A DNA stretch of 31,840 nt from Promethearchaeia archaeon (GTDB lineage Archaea > Asgardarchaeota > Lokiarchaeia > Sigyniarchaeales > SOKP01), in assembly GCA_046497275.1 (NCBI GenBank), contig JAWOFX010000098.1, positions 1-31,840 of the forward strand. The letters are read 5' to 3'. The notes beneath the pieces were generated by a model. It was given only the letters and a program-made list of their open reading frames with translations. It was not told the origin of the DNA and searched no databases. Positions 9,285 through 18,433 of this stretch are shown here, piece by piece (positions within the stretch are counted from its first letter, which is position 1; the number at the start of each line of letters is the position of its first letter). The translations under genes were made by a program, and so were the position numbers.

Positions 9285-10052
9285 ATGATCAGAGATGTAT
9301 TAATCATTAAAGACGGATTACCTATGTTTTCAAGAAATTTCACAGACAGAAGAAATTTTATCTCTGATCAGAATAATTTAATCTTAGTTTCAGGTTTCTT
9401 ATCAGCTCTAAACTCTTTCTCAGAGGAATTTGATGATCTTGGGTCTATAAAAGAATTGAAACTTTCAAATTCAAATTTCAGATTAGCTTTTTTAAAAAAT
9501 AATACGATTCCTAACCTTATATTCTTAGCCTCTTTTGACGAAGAAACAAATAGTGTGAATGTCCAAAGATTTCTAAAAAAAATGTCCTACACTTTCTTAA
9601 AGAAATATAATCTCAGTAAAATCATTGATTGGGATGGACGATCTAATATTTTTGACTCATTTACTGAGATTGTAAGAAAATATATTCAGGATGAAGAAAA
9701 AGAGGATGATATAGATTTTAAATATAAAGTTGTTGATTTATTTAAAGAAATTCAAGAAAAAATTGAGGAAAAACCAGAAATCAAATCAGATATGGCAGAT
9801 AATAATAGCTATAGTAAAAAAAAACAGAAAAATTCTAAATTTCGAAAAGTCATCCCAGTATTAAAGATTCCAAAAAATTTTAATCCAGATTTTTATTTAA
9901 GTGGAAATTTATCTAAAAAATTATTGAATCAGATTAATGGAAATAAAACAATATGTGATTTGGCTGAAGACCTTAATATATCAGAAGAGAACGTACATAA
10001 AATCTGTAAGAATTTGATCAAAATGGGATTTATTAAATTAGAAGAGAGATAA
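9285..10052 (+). CDS. Longin-domain protein with C-terminal winged helix (NPRL2-like architecture)
   Basis: Longin pattern IRDVLIIKDGLPMFSRNF...LVSGFLSALNSFSEEF...LIFLASFD...FLKKY; C-terminal QINGNKTICDLAEDLNISEENVHKICKNLIKMGFI. Confidence 0.8.
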   Translation: MIRDVLIIKDGLPMFSRNFTDRRNFISDQNNLILVSGFLSALNSFSEEFDDLGSIKELKLSNSNFRLAFLKNNTIPNLIFLASFDEETNSVNVQRFLKKMSYTFLKKYNLSKIIDWDGRSNIFDSFTEIVRKYIQDEEKEDDIDFKYKVVDLFKEIQEKIEEKPEIKSDMADNNSYSKKKQKNSKFRKVIPVLKIPKNFNPDFYLSGNLSKKLLNQINGNKTICDLAEDLNISEENVHKICKNLIKMGFIKLEER

Positions 10053-10098
10053 TATCTTTCAAGAATTTGATTAAGAGATAGTTTAATTCTTGTTGAAT

Positions 10099-10374
10099 CT
10101 ACTTTTTCTTCTTTTTTTTCTCTATTTCTTTTTTGAGTTCGTCTATTTCACTTTTTTCTGGCGCACTAAATTTAAATTCTCCTCTTATTTTACTCTCTTC
10201 TTTTTCTCCCGATTTAGAGATTTTTTCGAAATAAAATTGTACGGGTTTATCTTGGTTCATGCAAAGATTTACAAAATTTATAAATCCAATATGCTGGGAT
10301 GGCGCTAAATTGAATTTAATTGCAAGGTCGTTTCCTTTCTTCGTAGTTGTCTTCAATACTAATCGTAATTTCAT
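10099..10374 (-). CDS. Small basic hypothetical protein with Lys-rich tail
   Basis: ATG start; beta-rich, globular-looking sequence ending EIEKKKKKK. More protein-like than the overlapping + strand ORF. Confidence 0.75.
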   Translation of the reverse strand: MKLRLVLKTTTKKGNDLAIKFNLAPSQHIGFINFVNLCMNQDKPVQFYFEKISKSGEKEESKIRGEFKFSAPEKSEIDELKKEIEKKKKKK

Positions 10375-10493
10375 AGTTTCTTTATTTATTTTTTGATTTA
10401 TTCGTTAATCTAAATTATTCATAATAAAAAAAGTATAGTATATATCAACTTGGGAAATAAAAATAAAAAATTAAAAAATAGAAAAAAACTCAA

Positions 10494-11222
10494 TTATTTT
10501 ATGAAAAAATTTTTAAGCCATTCAGGAGGCATAAAACCAAAATAGAACTCTAAAGAAGCTGAAATCAATATAAGTCTGGTGATAATGACTAAATATGCTT
10601 CTCTTGGAATGATTGAATCAAGAATAGCACCAATAGCAAAAGAGATAAAAGCAATTATTAGAAATTTACCCTTTAGATTAATTTCTTTATCCTCAGATTT
10701 TAACGATTCTTTTCCAAACAGAATTCCTGTTATCATAAAAACCAGGATAAATACAAGTAAAAAGATTTCAAAAACAGGATGATATACTATCTGAAATGGA
10801 GAAACTGGAAAAGATCCAATTAAAGATGGGGCAAGGATCAAGGAAATAATAAAATAAATTTCAAAAATTATCCCAATTATAAAAAAAATTATCAAGAGAA
10901 TTTTCTGTTTATCCTTATAGAGTAAATCTGTGAATGCTTTTACCCAGATTATTGCAACTACGGGTAAGAAACTATTTCCAATTATTAAATTCAATCTTAA
11001 CGGAAGCGGAGTTGTAAAAAACACCAAAATAAAATTGATAGAATCAGGAAACCATGGAGATGCCAAACCTATCCAAGTAAGACCCACTAGAAGTAATTGT
11101 AAATTCTCATATTGAAAGTATTTCATAATGAATATTAAACCAATCACAATAGAAACCATTACAAAAATTAGACTAAAACCACCCTGAACGTAATCTACTA
11201 TAGTAAAGGAAATTTTATTCAC
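10494..11222 (-). CDS. Stand-alone 7-TM membrane protein (HisKA_7TM-like sensor domain without output domain)
   Basis: Seven hydrophobic segments, with a basic loop (KESLKSEDKEINLKGK) before TM6. GTG start. Confidence 0.75.
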   Translation of the reverse strand: MNKISFTIVDYVQGGFSLIFVMVSIVIGLIFIMKYFQYENLQLLLVGLTWIGLASPWFPDSINFILVFFTTPLPLRLNLIIGNSFLPVVAIIWVKAFTDLLYKDKQKILLIIFFIIGIIFEIYFIISLILAPSLIGSFPVSPFQIVYHPVFEIFLLVFILVFMITGILFGKESLKSEDKEINLKGKFLIIAFISFAIGAILDSIIPREAYLVIITRLILISASLEFYFGFMPPEWLKNFFIK

Positions 11223-11449
11223 CTTTTTTCTTTATAATTTTTTAATATTTATTAACAAAATATTTATGGTTGATCTGATATTTATTTTTAGCGAATATCT
11301 TAGTTCTTATTAAAATTATAAGAGTATATAGAGATAATATTCTTTATTCTCTATACTAAATTTAAAACTTTTAGTTCATTGTTTAATATAATTTTAATAG
11401 CTTAAGTTTAAATTAAACCATATTTAATATCAAGTAATATCTCAGAATT

Positions 11450-12070
11450 ATGCCATCTAAATATCGATTGCGTTATATCTTTAGACCACTTATTCAAATA
11501 TTAGCTCGTGCATTGGTAAAAATAAAAGTAAATGCTAATATGGCAACTGGGATGATGCTTTTTTGTTCAATTATTAGTTTTATTTTTTTAGTTTTCTTTC
11601 GAAACCTTCTAATTTTTAGTATATTTGTTTTTTTAACAGGAATATTTGATGGATTAGATGGAGCAATAGCTCGTTTAAACAATAAAACTGATGGTTTTGG
11701 CAGTTTTTTAGATTCCTTTATGGATAGAATATCAGAATTTATAATATTTCTTGCCCTTCTTATTTACTTTTGGGATAGAATTTTATGGAAGATCATAGAT
11801 ATGCGGTTAATAATATTTATTTCATTGGTTTCATCTATGATGATTAGTTATTCCAGAGGTAGAGCTGAAACCATAATCGATGCGGATTTCGATATTGGAT
11901 TAATGGCACGTTCTGAGAGACTGTTCTATATTTTTATTACAATGATAATATCTTTTTTTATTGGATATGAAGAACATTTTATCTTCATTTTTATGTTATT
12001 AGTTGTAATAACAGCATTATATAGAGGCATAAAAATATATTATATTATTAAAAAAGAGAAACCAAATTAA
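11450..12070 (+). CDS. CDP-alcohol phosphatidyltransferase (archaetidylinositol-phosphate synthase-like)
   Basis: Signature DGLDGAIAR-x7-GSFLDSFMDR; SYSRGRAE and RSER as in archaeal AIP synthases. Confidence 0.93.
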   Translation: MPSKYRLRYIFRPLIQILARALVKIKVNANMATGMMLFCSIISFIFLVFFRNLLIFSIFVFLTGIFDGLDGAIARLNNKTDGFGSFLDSFMDRISEFIIFLALLIYFWDRILWKIIDMRLIIFISLVSSMMISYSRGRAETIIDADFDIGLMARSERLFYIFITMIISFFIGYEEHFIFIFMLLVVITALYRGIKIYYIIKKEKPN

Positions 12071-12091
12071 GGAGTTATCCTTAATGTAAAT

Positions 12092-12805
12092 TTAACTCTG
12101 ATTGATTCTATTTAGTTTTATTACCAATTTATCCCCATCCGAAAGATTGAAATATTCCCGTAAGTAGGGCCTTGCGAGTATTTCAATAATATTTTCTTTA
12201 TGATGAGTTCTTTTTATATCTAAAATTGCGGCTTTTCTTTTCTTATCCCTGTTAAATAAGGGAGAAACATATACATCATAACAATCAACTGGGCCATATT
12301 CTCTTTCTAAAGTCTTAAAACCTTCAATAACAACGGGTTCGATTTGATTCATGAGCTCTCTTAAGATTTTATTATCAGTCTCATTTAATTTTAAATTAAG
12401 AGTTCCTTTGTAAGGCTCAAACCCTAGTTTTTCCTTAAATTGTCTATAATATCCTTTGATAGAAACATAATATCCTCCCTCTCCCATTCCTTCTACTACT
12501 TCTCCCACTATAAGTATTTTTTCAAGGATATCCTTCAAGTTATCATACATCTTAAACAATTCATTAATACCGAGATCTGTTATGGAGATAAATTGACCTT
12601 TTACTCCAACTTTTCTTTTTATCCATTTTAATTTTTCTAAATCATTAAGACGACGACTGGCTGTCTGTTGACTAACATTCAATAGCTTTCCTAAATCGTT
12701 ACTGCTTAACTCTATAGAAAGAGTATCTTCTGCATATTTAGTTAACATATACAACGCAAACCAATTAGAATAATTTTCCGGATTAATTTCTTCTTTATTC
12801 GACAT
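12092..12805 (-). CDS. ribK: CTP-dependent riboflavin kinase with N-terminal HTH (RbkR-type)
   Basis: HTH LGKLLNVSQQTASRRL; kinase motifs GMGEGGYY, GFEPYKGTLN, RTHH, LNDGD-like LSDGD. Confidence 0.93.
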   Translation of the reverse strand: MSNKEEINPENYSNWFALYMLTKYAEDTLSIELSSNDLGKLLNVSQQTASRRLNDLEKLKWIKRKVGVKGQFISITDLGINELFKMYDNLKDILEKILIVGEVVEGMGEGGYYVSIKGYYRQFKEKLGFEPYKGTLNLKLNETDNKILRELMNQIEPVVIEGFKTLEREYGPVDCYDVYVSPLFNRDKKRKAAILDIKRTHHKENIIEILARPYLREYFNLSDGDKLVIKLNRINQS

Positions 12806-12815
12806 GATTATTAGG

Positions 12816-13259
12816 TTATTTGCTATTATAGTACTTTTTTATTTTTTGTTTTATTTTACTTGAACTATGCAATTCATATTTGTCGTAATATTCATTTAAA
12901 CGTTTAACAATTATATTTCCAAGTCCCATTTTTTCCAAACCTTCTTTAAGTTCTTTAATATCATATTTCTGATCTGGTCCAAGCAAGATGATATCCGGAT
13001 CGATTTCTTTTACCGTTCTAAGTGTATTGTTGTCTTCACGACCCAATCGTGCTTCTTTCACATTTTTAATATGCTTTATCACTTCTAATCTCTGTTTTTC
13101 TGGAATTATTGGAGGTTTTCCAGAATATTTCTCTCTATTTTTGTCTGTAGCTACTACTACATAAACTTCACCCATTTTTGCTGCCTCATTTATTAAGAAA
13201 ATATGCCCAGGATGAATAATATCAAATGTACCCGCTATCATAACTCGTTTTTTATTCAT
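12816..13259 (-). CDS. ribL: Archaeal FAD synthase (cytidylyltransferase family)
   Basis: AGTFDIIHPGH, PDIILLGPDQ, SSSKIK; adjacent to ribK. Confidence 0.9.
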   Translation of the reverse strand: MNKKRVMIAGTFDIIHPGHIFLINEAAKMGEVYVVVATDKNREKYSGKPPIIPEKQRLEVIKHIKNVKEARLGREDNNTLRTVKEIDPDIILLGPDQKYDIKELKEGLEKMGLGNIIVKRLNEYYDKYELHSSSKIKQKIKKYYNSK

Positions 13260-13272
13260 AATTCCTTTTTAC

Positions 13273-14838
13273 TCATACTTCGTTTTTTACTTTAAATGAA
13301 AGACCTAAGAATACAGGTCCTCTAATATCAATTTTTTTTTGATTGGAATGGATATATTCCATAAAAATATCATCAACTTCAATATTCACTTCAGAAGCTC
13401 TATAAACCATTTTAACTCGATGATTATAGGATGTCTTATTTTGATCAAGGAGAATTTCTATATTATATGCCATTTCATTTGCTATACCTTCAATATAAGT
13501 CTTTCTTGTAAATATTGCATCTTCTGGAGTTTTATCGGGAGAAAATCCAATTACATTTCCATCTTTTACCCATATCTTATTCAAAGTTGCAGGTCCTAAT
13601 AGTGATACCCCTTCATCATGTTCCCAGATATGAACTTCAATAAATTTTCCTTTCAAATTTCCCTCCCAAACGATTAAATCAATTGGTGAAGGCTTTTCCT
13701 TATTTTCCAATGCACGATTAATGACAGAATTCTTAATTTCAATTCCTTTCTCCGTCGAAGGAACATATTTATATTTAATACCCTTTGCAATCTCCTCATC
13801 AGAAAAAGAAATTTCTTCATAGAAATAGGGATAAACTAGCTTTCTTATATCTTCTATTCCCGTTTTAATCATACTTATTCTTTCAATGCCAAATCCTAAA
13901 TTGAATACAGGATAATCAATATCATATTTTGCCAAACTAACTGGACTGTAAAATCCTCCGTCACCAATTTCAATCCATTGCTTTGTTTTGGGGTGTTCAA
14001 CGAAAATTTCAAATTCCGTTTGTGGAGCATAATATTTTGAGGTTGCCGTTTTAATCTCTGATTTACTATTAGAAAAACCCAATAACTCGCAAATCTCCAT
14101 AGCAATATTTTGACAATCTTCTAAAGATATCTTTTCTGCCATCACGACCAACGAGAGGGTATAGGAATCATATAAATGTGTTGTATCAATTTTTTGCTCT
14201 CTCCTGAATTTTTTAGCAACAGAAAAATATTGTAGAGGTAAAGGCCTTTTCTTTCTGAGTTCACTAAGTACTTTAAACCATAAAGCAGTTGTATGACTTC
14301 GAAGTGTAGTTTTTGTGGGGATTGGTTTTAGTTCTTTTAATTCAGGAAAAATATTCTCGATAATTTGAGTGGCTTCATTCTCTTTTATTCCTAATTGATT
14401 AATAAATTCCTCAATTAAATCATCGGCCTCGATATTTCCTTTTTTATAATCTCTAAATATTTGCTGTAATTGCTCAAATTTATTAAAATTAGGAATAATT
14501 TTCTTAATATTTTCGATTTTATCATTTGAAATTCCAATATCAGGACGAGGAAGCCCTGCTAAATAAAATAGTCGATCTAAAATTAATACAGCCTCTGGTC
14601 CGTATTGTTTGTAAATTTCCTCTTCTTCTACAAACATAGGCAGGATTAGTTCTTCAAAACCTAAATTAATAAATTTTTCCCGCGCTTCAAAAACGAATTC
14701 TTGGATTGGATGACCCTTTCCCTTTTTTTGGAGGGTAAAATAATGTCCCTCTATATCTAACAGATTTCTGGACTCTAACCAGGCTTTCTCATAATCAAGC
14801 TTGGCTTTTCTTTTTATATCATCAATATCAAAGGACAT
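13273..14838 (-). CDS. sepS: O-phosphoseryl-tRNA(Cys) synthetase
   Basis: GKGHPI, YKQYGPEA...LDRLFYLAGLPRPDIG, TLRSH, FRREQ, SKYY, YSPVSLAKYDIDYPVFNLGFGIER, LLGPA, RGPVF. Confidence 0.95.
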   Translation of the reverse strand: MSFDIDDIKRKAKLDYEKAWLESRNLLDIEGHYFTLQKKGKGHPIQEFVFEAREKFINLGFEELILPMFVEEEEIYKQYGPEAVLILDRLFYLAGLPRPDIGISNDKIENIKKIIPNFNKFEQLQQIFRDYKKGNIEADDLIEEFINQLGIKENEATQIIENIFPELKELKPIPTKTTLRSHTTALWFKVLSELRKKRPLPLQYFSVAKKFRREQKIDTTHLYDSYTLSLVVMAEKISLEDCQNIAMEICELLGFSNSKSEIKTATSKYYAPQTEFEIFVEHPKTKQWIEIGDGGFYSPVSLAKYDIDYPVFNLGFGIERISMIKTGIEDIRKLVYPYFYEEISFSDEEIAKGIKYKYVPSTEKGIEIKNSVINRALENKEKPSPIDLIVWEGNLKGKFIEVHIWEHDEGVSLLGPATLNKIWVKDGNVIGFSPDKTPEDAIFTRKTYIEGIANEMAYNIEILLDQNKTSYNHRVKMVYRASEVNIEVDDIFMEYIHSNQKKIDIRGPVFLGLSFKVKNEV

Positions 14839-14986
14839 AGCAAATCCTATTCAAATTAATTTATTTAATTTGTTTAATTATTCTAATTTCTTTAATTTTT
14901 TTATAAGAGTTGCAAATAAAAATGAGAGAACTTCTTGATCTTTTTTATATTCTTGATTCTGTGAAATAGAAAGTTTTCCATGAAAA

Positions 14987-15601
14987 TTAGTTTTCTTCAT
15001 TTTTATTTTTTAATAGAGACGATAAAGTATTCATTTGAACGGACAAGCTAACGTCTGCGCGAGTTTTTTCGATTAAATTTCTTGCAGTATCAGTCTTGTG
15101 TCGTAAATCCTTGGTTAATCCACTTGGATAATCCAATGAAAATAAATGTGAATAAATTTCATCCATTTTTTCCAAAATTTCATCTATGTCCTCAACGTTG
15201 GAATTTCTAATATTATCCAAAACATATCTTCTCAGTTCTCCTACAACATCCGCTAAACCAAGTGCATAATTTAATGCATCTACTTTTAATTCTGTATGGT
15301 AAGGGATTTCTTTATTATTAATTAATGAATAAAGAACAATCGCTTCAGTATATTCTTGTTCAGGAGTTTTAAGATATTTATAAAAATAGCCTGGACTCTT
15401 ATTTACCAGATTTCTCATTATATCCAAGTTTTGTTCAATCTTCTCTATCTTCTCACTATACTTATCAAATTGGGCTCTATGTATCATTTTTATTGCATCA
15501 CTACATTCTCTAATAATTTTTCGCGATATTCTCAAAATTTCTTCTCTATCCTCATCTAATTCATCTAGATCATCTGTGACCTTCTCAAAATTCTTTTCCA
15601 C
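14987..15601 (-). CDS. Translin/TRAX (C3PO) family RNase
   Basis: QEYTEA, YALGLADVVGELRRY, LRHKTD; acidic catalytic residues retained. GTG start. Confidence 0.9.
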   Translation of the reverse strand: MEKNFEKVTDDLDELDEDREEILRISRKIIRECSDAIKMIHRAQFDKYSEKIEKIEQNLDIMRNLVNKSPGYFYKYLKTPEQEYTEAIVLYSLINNKEIPYHTELKVDALNYALGLADVVGELRRYVLDNIRNSNVEDIDEILEKMDEIYSHLFSLDYPSGLTKDLRHKTDTARNLIEKTRADVSLSVQMNTLSSLLKNKNEEN

Positions 15602-15725
15602 TTTTCTTCACTATAATTTATTTCTGAGTATATATTTTTTTTAGTAATTCTTCATAATAATTAATTACTCTAGAAATTTTTGAAAATTATTGCGCTATAT
15701 ATACATTTAAAACTGGTTTATCATA

Positions 15726-17786
15726 ATGAAAATATTATTAATTCATTCAAACGGCGTGGAGGTTCACAAAAATAAAGAGGCCACAACGAATCCACAAAAG
15801 TTTGAAAAAGATATTATTAAATTGGAAGGACTAGTGCTTGTGGCATATGTATCAGTAGAAGATCAAGATACTTATGATATTGATGTGATTGCTAAACAAG
15901 GAGCCGACGTCATAGAAAATGCGATTCTTTCAATTACTGGATTTCCCGAGAAAATTAGGCAAAAAAATGAGGAACTTAGAGAGTATAATAGAAAAATAGA
16001 AGAGGGGAAACTGAAGGGGAAAAAACGTGAGACTAAGGAATTGATTTTAGATCATGCTCAATACCGTGTCGATAAAGTCTTAGTATATCCTTGGGCACAT
16101 TTAAGCAAATTTCTCAGTAACGATCCTAAAGCGATGGATGTTTGTCCTCGTATCTCAGAATTACTTAAGGAAAGGGGGATAGAAGCAGATTATTCACCAT
16201 TTGGATGGTATAAATCTTTTAAAATCGATTGCTTAGGACATGAATTAGCAGAAATGTATAGAGATGTCAAACTATTTATCCAACCAGAAGAACATTCAGA
16301 AACTGCCAAATTTAAGATAATAACACCAGATAAGGAGATTTTTGATATCAAATTCAATTCACAAGGAAATTATTTAGGAGTTCCAGAAATCCAAGATGAA
16401 AATTTTGATTTATTCTTGCGTTCTGAATTAGGCTCAAGGGAAGTGAAAAAAGAGGGGGAGGAACCACCTCATATTAAATCAATGAAGGAATTCGAGTTAA
16501 TAGATTTTGAACCTAATTCAGATTCTGGAAACCTTAGATGGTACACTAAAGGAGTAATTATGAAAAATTTGATTAAACAATATTTAGAGGATTCTCTTAT
16601 TGACTTTGGAGCTATCTTAGTTGATACGCCTATAATGTATACGGTCAAAAATGATAAACTAACCGCTCAAACTGCCAGATTTCCGGCAAGAACTTATTGG
16701 GTAGAATCAGGACGGAATAGATTTTTATTGCGTTTTGCTGGGGATTTCTTACAGTTTGATATGTTTAGTGAAATGAATTTACGACTCGAATATTTCCCAC
16801 TCCGAGTTTATGAATGGGAACAATATGATTTTCGTAGAGAACAAGAGGGAGAATTAACTGGATTACGAAGATTAAGAGGATTTGTTATGCCAGATTTTCA
16901 TACATTATGTAAGGATTTACCTTCTTCAATAGATGAGTTTAAGAAACAATATGATTTGGATAAATCATTAATGGAAGATTTAGGGATAAAGTCTTTTATC
17001 ATATTCAGAACTACAGATGATTTTTTCAAAGAAAATAAAGAATGGATAATGGAATTAGTAAAAAAGGAAAATCAACCCGCTCTTTTAGAATTATGGGAGG
17101 ATCGATATTATTACTTTATATTGAAATTTGAACGAACTGTTCTTTCCACTCAAAATAAAAGTGCTACTTTAGCAACCATTCAAATAGATGTAGAAAGTGC
17201 TTTAGAATATATCGAACAAGATGGAAAAAAACGGCAAAAATACAATATTTCTTATGAAGATAAAGATGGAACGATTAAACATCCTATAATTTTGCATAAT
17301 TCTCCAGCGGGAGGTTTGGAAAGGATCATATGGGGATTACTTGAGACTGCAGAGCGAGAAATCGATAAAGTCGTACCTGGATTTAAAACATGGTTATCTC
17401 CAGTTCAAGTAAGAATCTTGACTATTAGCGAAGGTCAAAACTCATATGCAGAAGGTATACTAGAGGAATTAAATGAGAAGGGATTTCGAACAGATTTTGA
17501 TGATAGGGATGAGACCTTAGGGAAGAAGATCAGAAAAGCTGAAATTGATTGGATTCCCTTTACAATTATTATAGGTGATAAAGAACAGCAAAATAATACT
17601 GTCTCCATCAGAAAAAGACTTATTGGTGAAAAATTCGATTCCAAGAAAAATACTTCCAAGCAAATCAATAATATTAAACTAAAGGAATTAATAAATATGT
17701 TGGAGCTTAAGATGAAAAATTATCCAAAATACAAGCTTCCAAAGCCATTCAGGAAGTTCTCTACAAAAGTTTATTTCCGAAAATAG
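15726..17786 (+). CDS. thrS: Archaeal-type threonyl-tRNA synthetase with N-terminal DTD-like editing domain
   Basis: MKILLIHS, YPWAHLS, PFGWYKSF, FRREQEGEL, MPDFH, GGLER, anticodon domain LSPVQV...LGKKIRKAE. Confidence 0.96.
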   Translation: MKILLIHSNGVEVHKNKEATTNPQKFEKDIIKLEGLVLVAYVSVEDQDTYDIDVIAKQGADVIENAILSITGFPEKIRQKNEELREYNRKIEEGKLKGKKRETKELILDHAQYRVDKVLVYPWAHLSKFLSNDPKAMDVCPRISELLKERGIEADYSPFGWYKSFKIDCLGHELAEMYRDVKLFIQPEEHSETAKFKIITPDKEIFDIKFNSQGNYLGVPEIQDENFDLFLRSELGSREVKKEGEEPPHIKSMKEFELIDFEPNSDSGNLRWYTKGVIMKNLIKQYLEDSLIDFGAILVDTPIMYTVKNDKLTAQTARFPARTYWVESGRNRFLLRFAGDFLQFDMFSEMNLRLEYFPLRVYEWEQYDFRREQEGELTGLRRLRGFVMPDFHTLCKDLPSSIDEFKKQYDLDKSLMEDLGIKSFIIFRTTDDFFKENKEWIMELVKKENQPALLELWEDRYYYFILKFERTVLSTQNKSATLATIQIDVESALEYIEQDGKKRQKYNISYEDKDGTIKHPIILHNSPAGGLERIIWGLLETAEREIDKVVPGFKTWLSPVQVRILTISEGQNSYAEGILEELNEKGFRTDFDDRDETLGKKIRKAEIDWIPFTIIIGDKEQQNNTVSIRKRLIGEKFDSKKNTSKQINNIKLKELINMLELKMKNYPKYKLPKPFRKFSTKVYFRK

Positions 17787-17803
17787 CTAAAAGGTATATT
17801 TAT

Positions 17804-18430
17804 ATGAGTATAAAAGTTTTACTGTTCGATTTAGGAGGAGTATTCTTAGAATTAGATTTTTCCAATTTTTATGAACGGGTGATTTCTCCTAGCCCTCTTA
17901 ATAAACCGCAAACTCCTTTAATGCTTAGGTTTTTTAGACAATCAGATATTTATCACGAGGGACTTATGAGTGATGAAGAGTTTTACAATTTAGCTTGTGA
18001 TATTTTGCAAGCGGACAAAGAAAATCTTGATCAAGAAGAATTCTTTAAAGCCTTTAATACGATTATTTCTAAAGTAAATAGAGAAATGGTAGAGTTATTA
18101 AAAAAACTAAAAATGAAAAGGAAATTCAAATTACTGGCAATATCTAACATTAATTCAAGTCATTGGGAGTTTTTACAGAATCAAAAATGGGATTTTTTTG
18201 AATATTTTGATGATCTAATTCTATCTCATGAAGTTCATGTAACTAAACCAGATCATGAGATTTTTGAAATGGCTATTGAAAAAGCAAATTGTAAACCGGA
18301 AGAAATTTTGTTTATTGATGACGGATTGAATAATATAAAATCAGCGGAAAAACTAGGAATTATTGGAATAAATTTTAGTAATACTCAAGATCTGATTAAT
18401 AGATTTAAAGAATTAGGAATTGATTTATGA
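17804..18430 (+). CDS. HAD-IA phosphatase (YihX-like)
   Basis: FDLGGV, ISN, KPDHEIF, FIDD. Confidence 0.92.
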   Translation: MSIKVLLFDLGGVFLELDFSNFYERVISPSPLNKPQTPLMLRFFRQSDIYHEGLMSDEEFYNLACDILQADKENLDQEEFFKAFNTIISKVNREMVELLKKLKMKRKFKLLAISNINSSHWEFLQNQKWDFFEYFDDLILSHEVHVTKPDHEIFEMAIEKANCKPEEILFIDDGLNNIKSAEKLGIIGINFSNTQDLINRFKELGIDL

Positions 18431-18433
18431 TTT

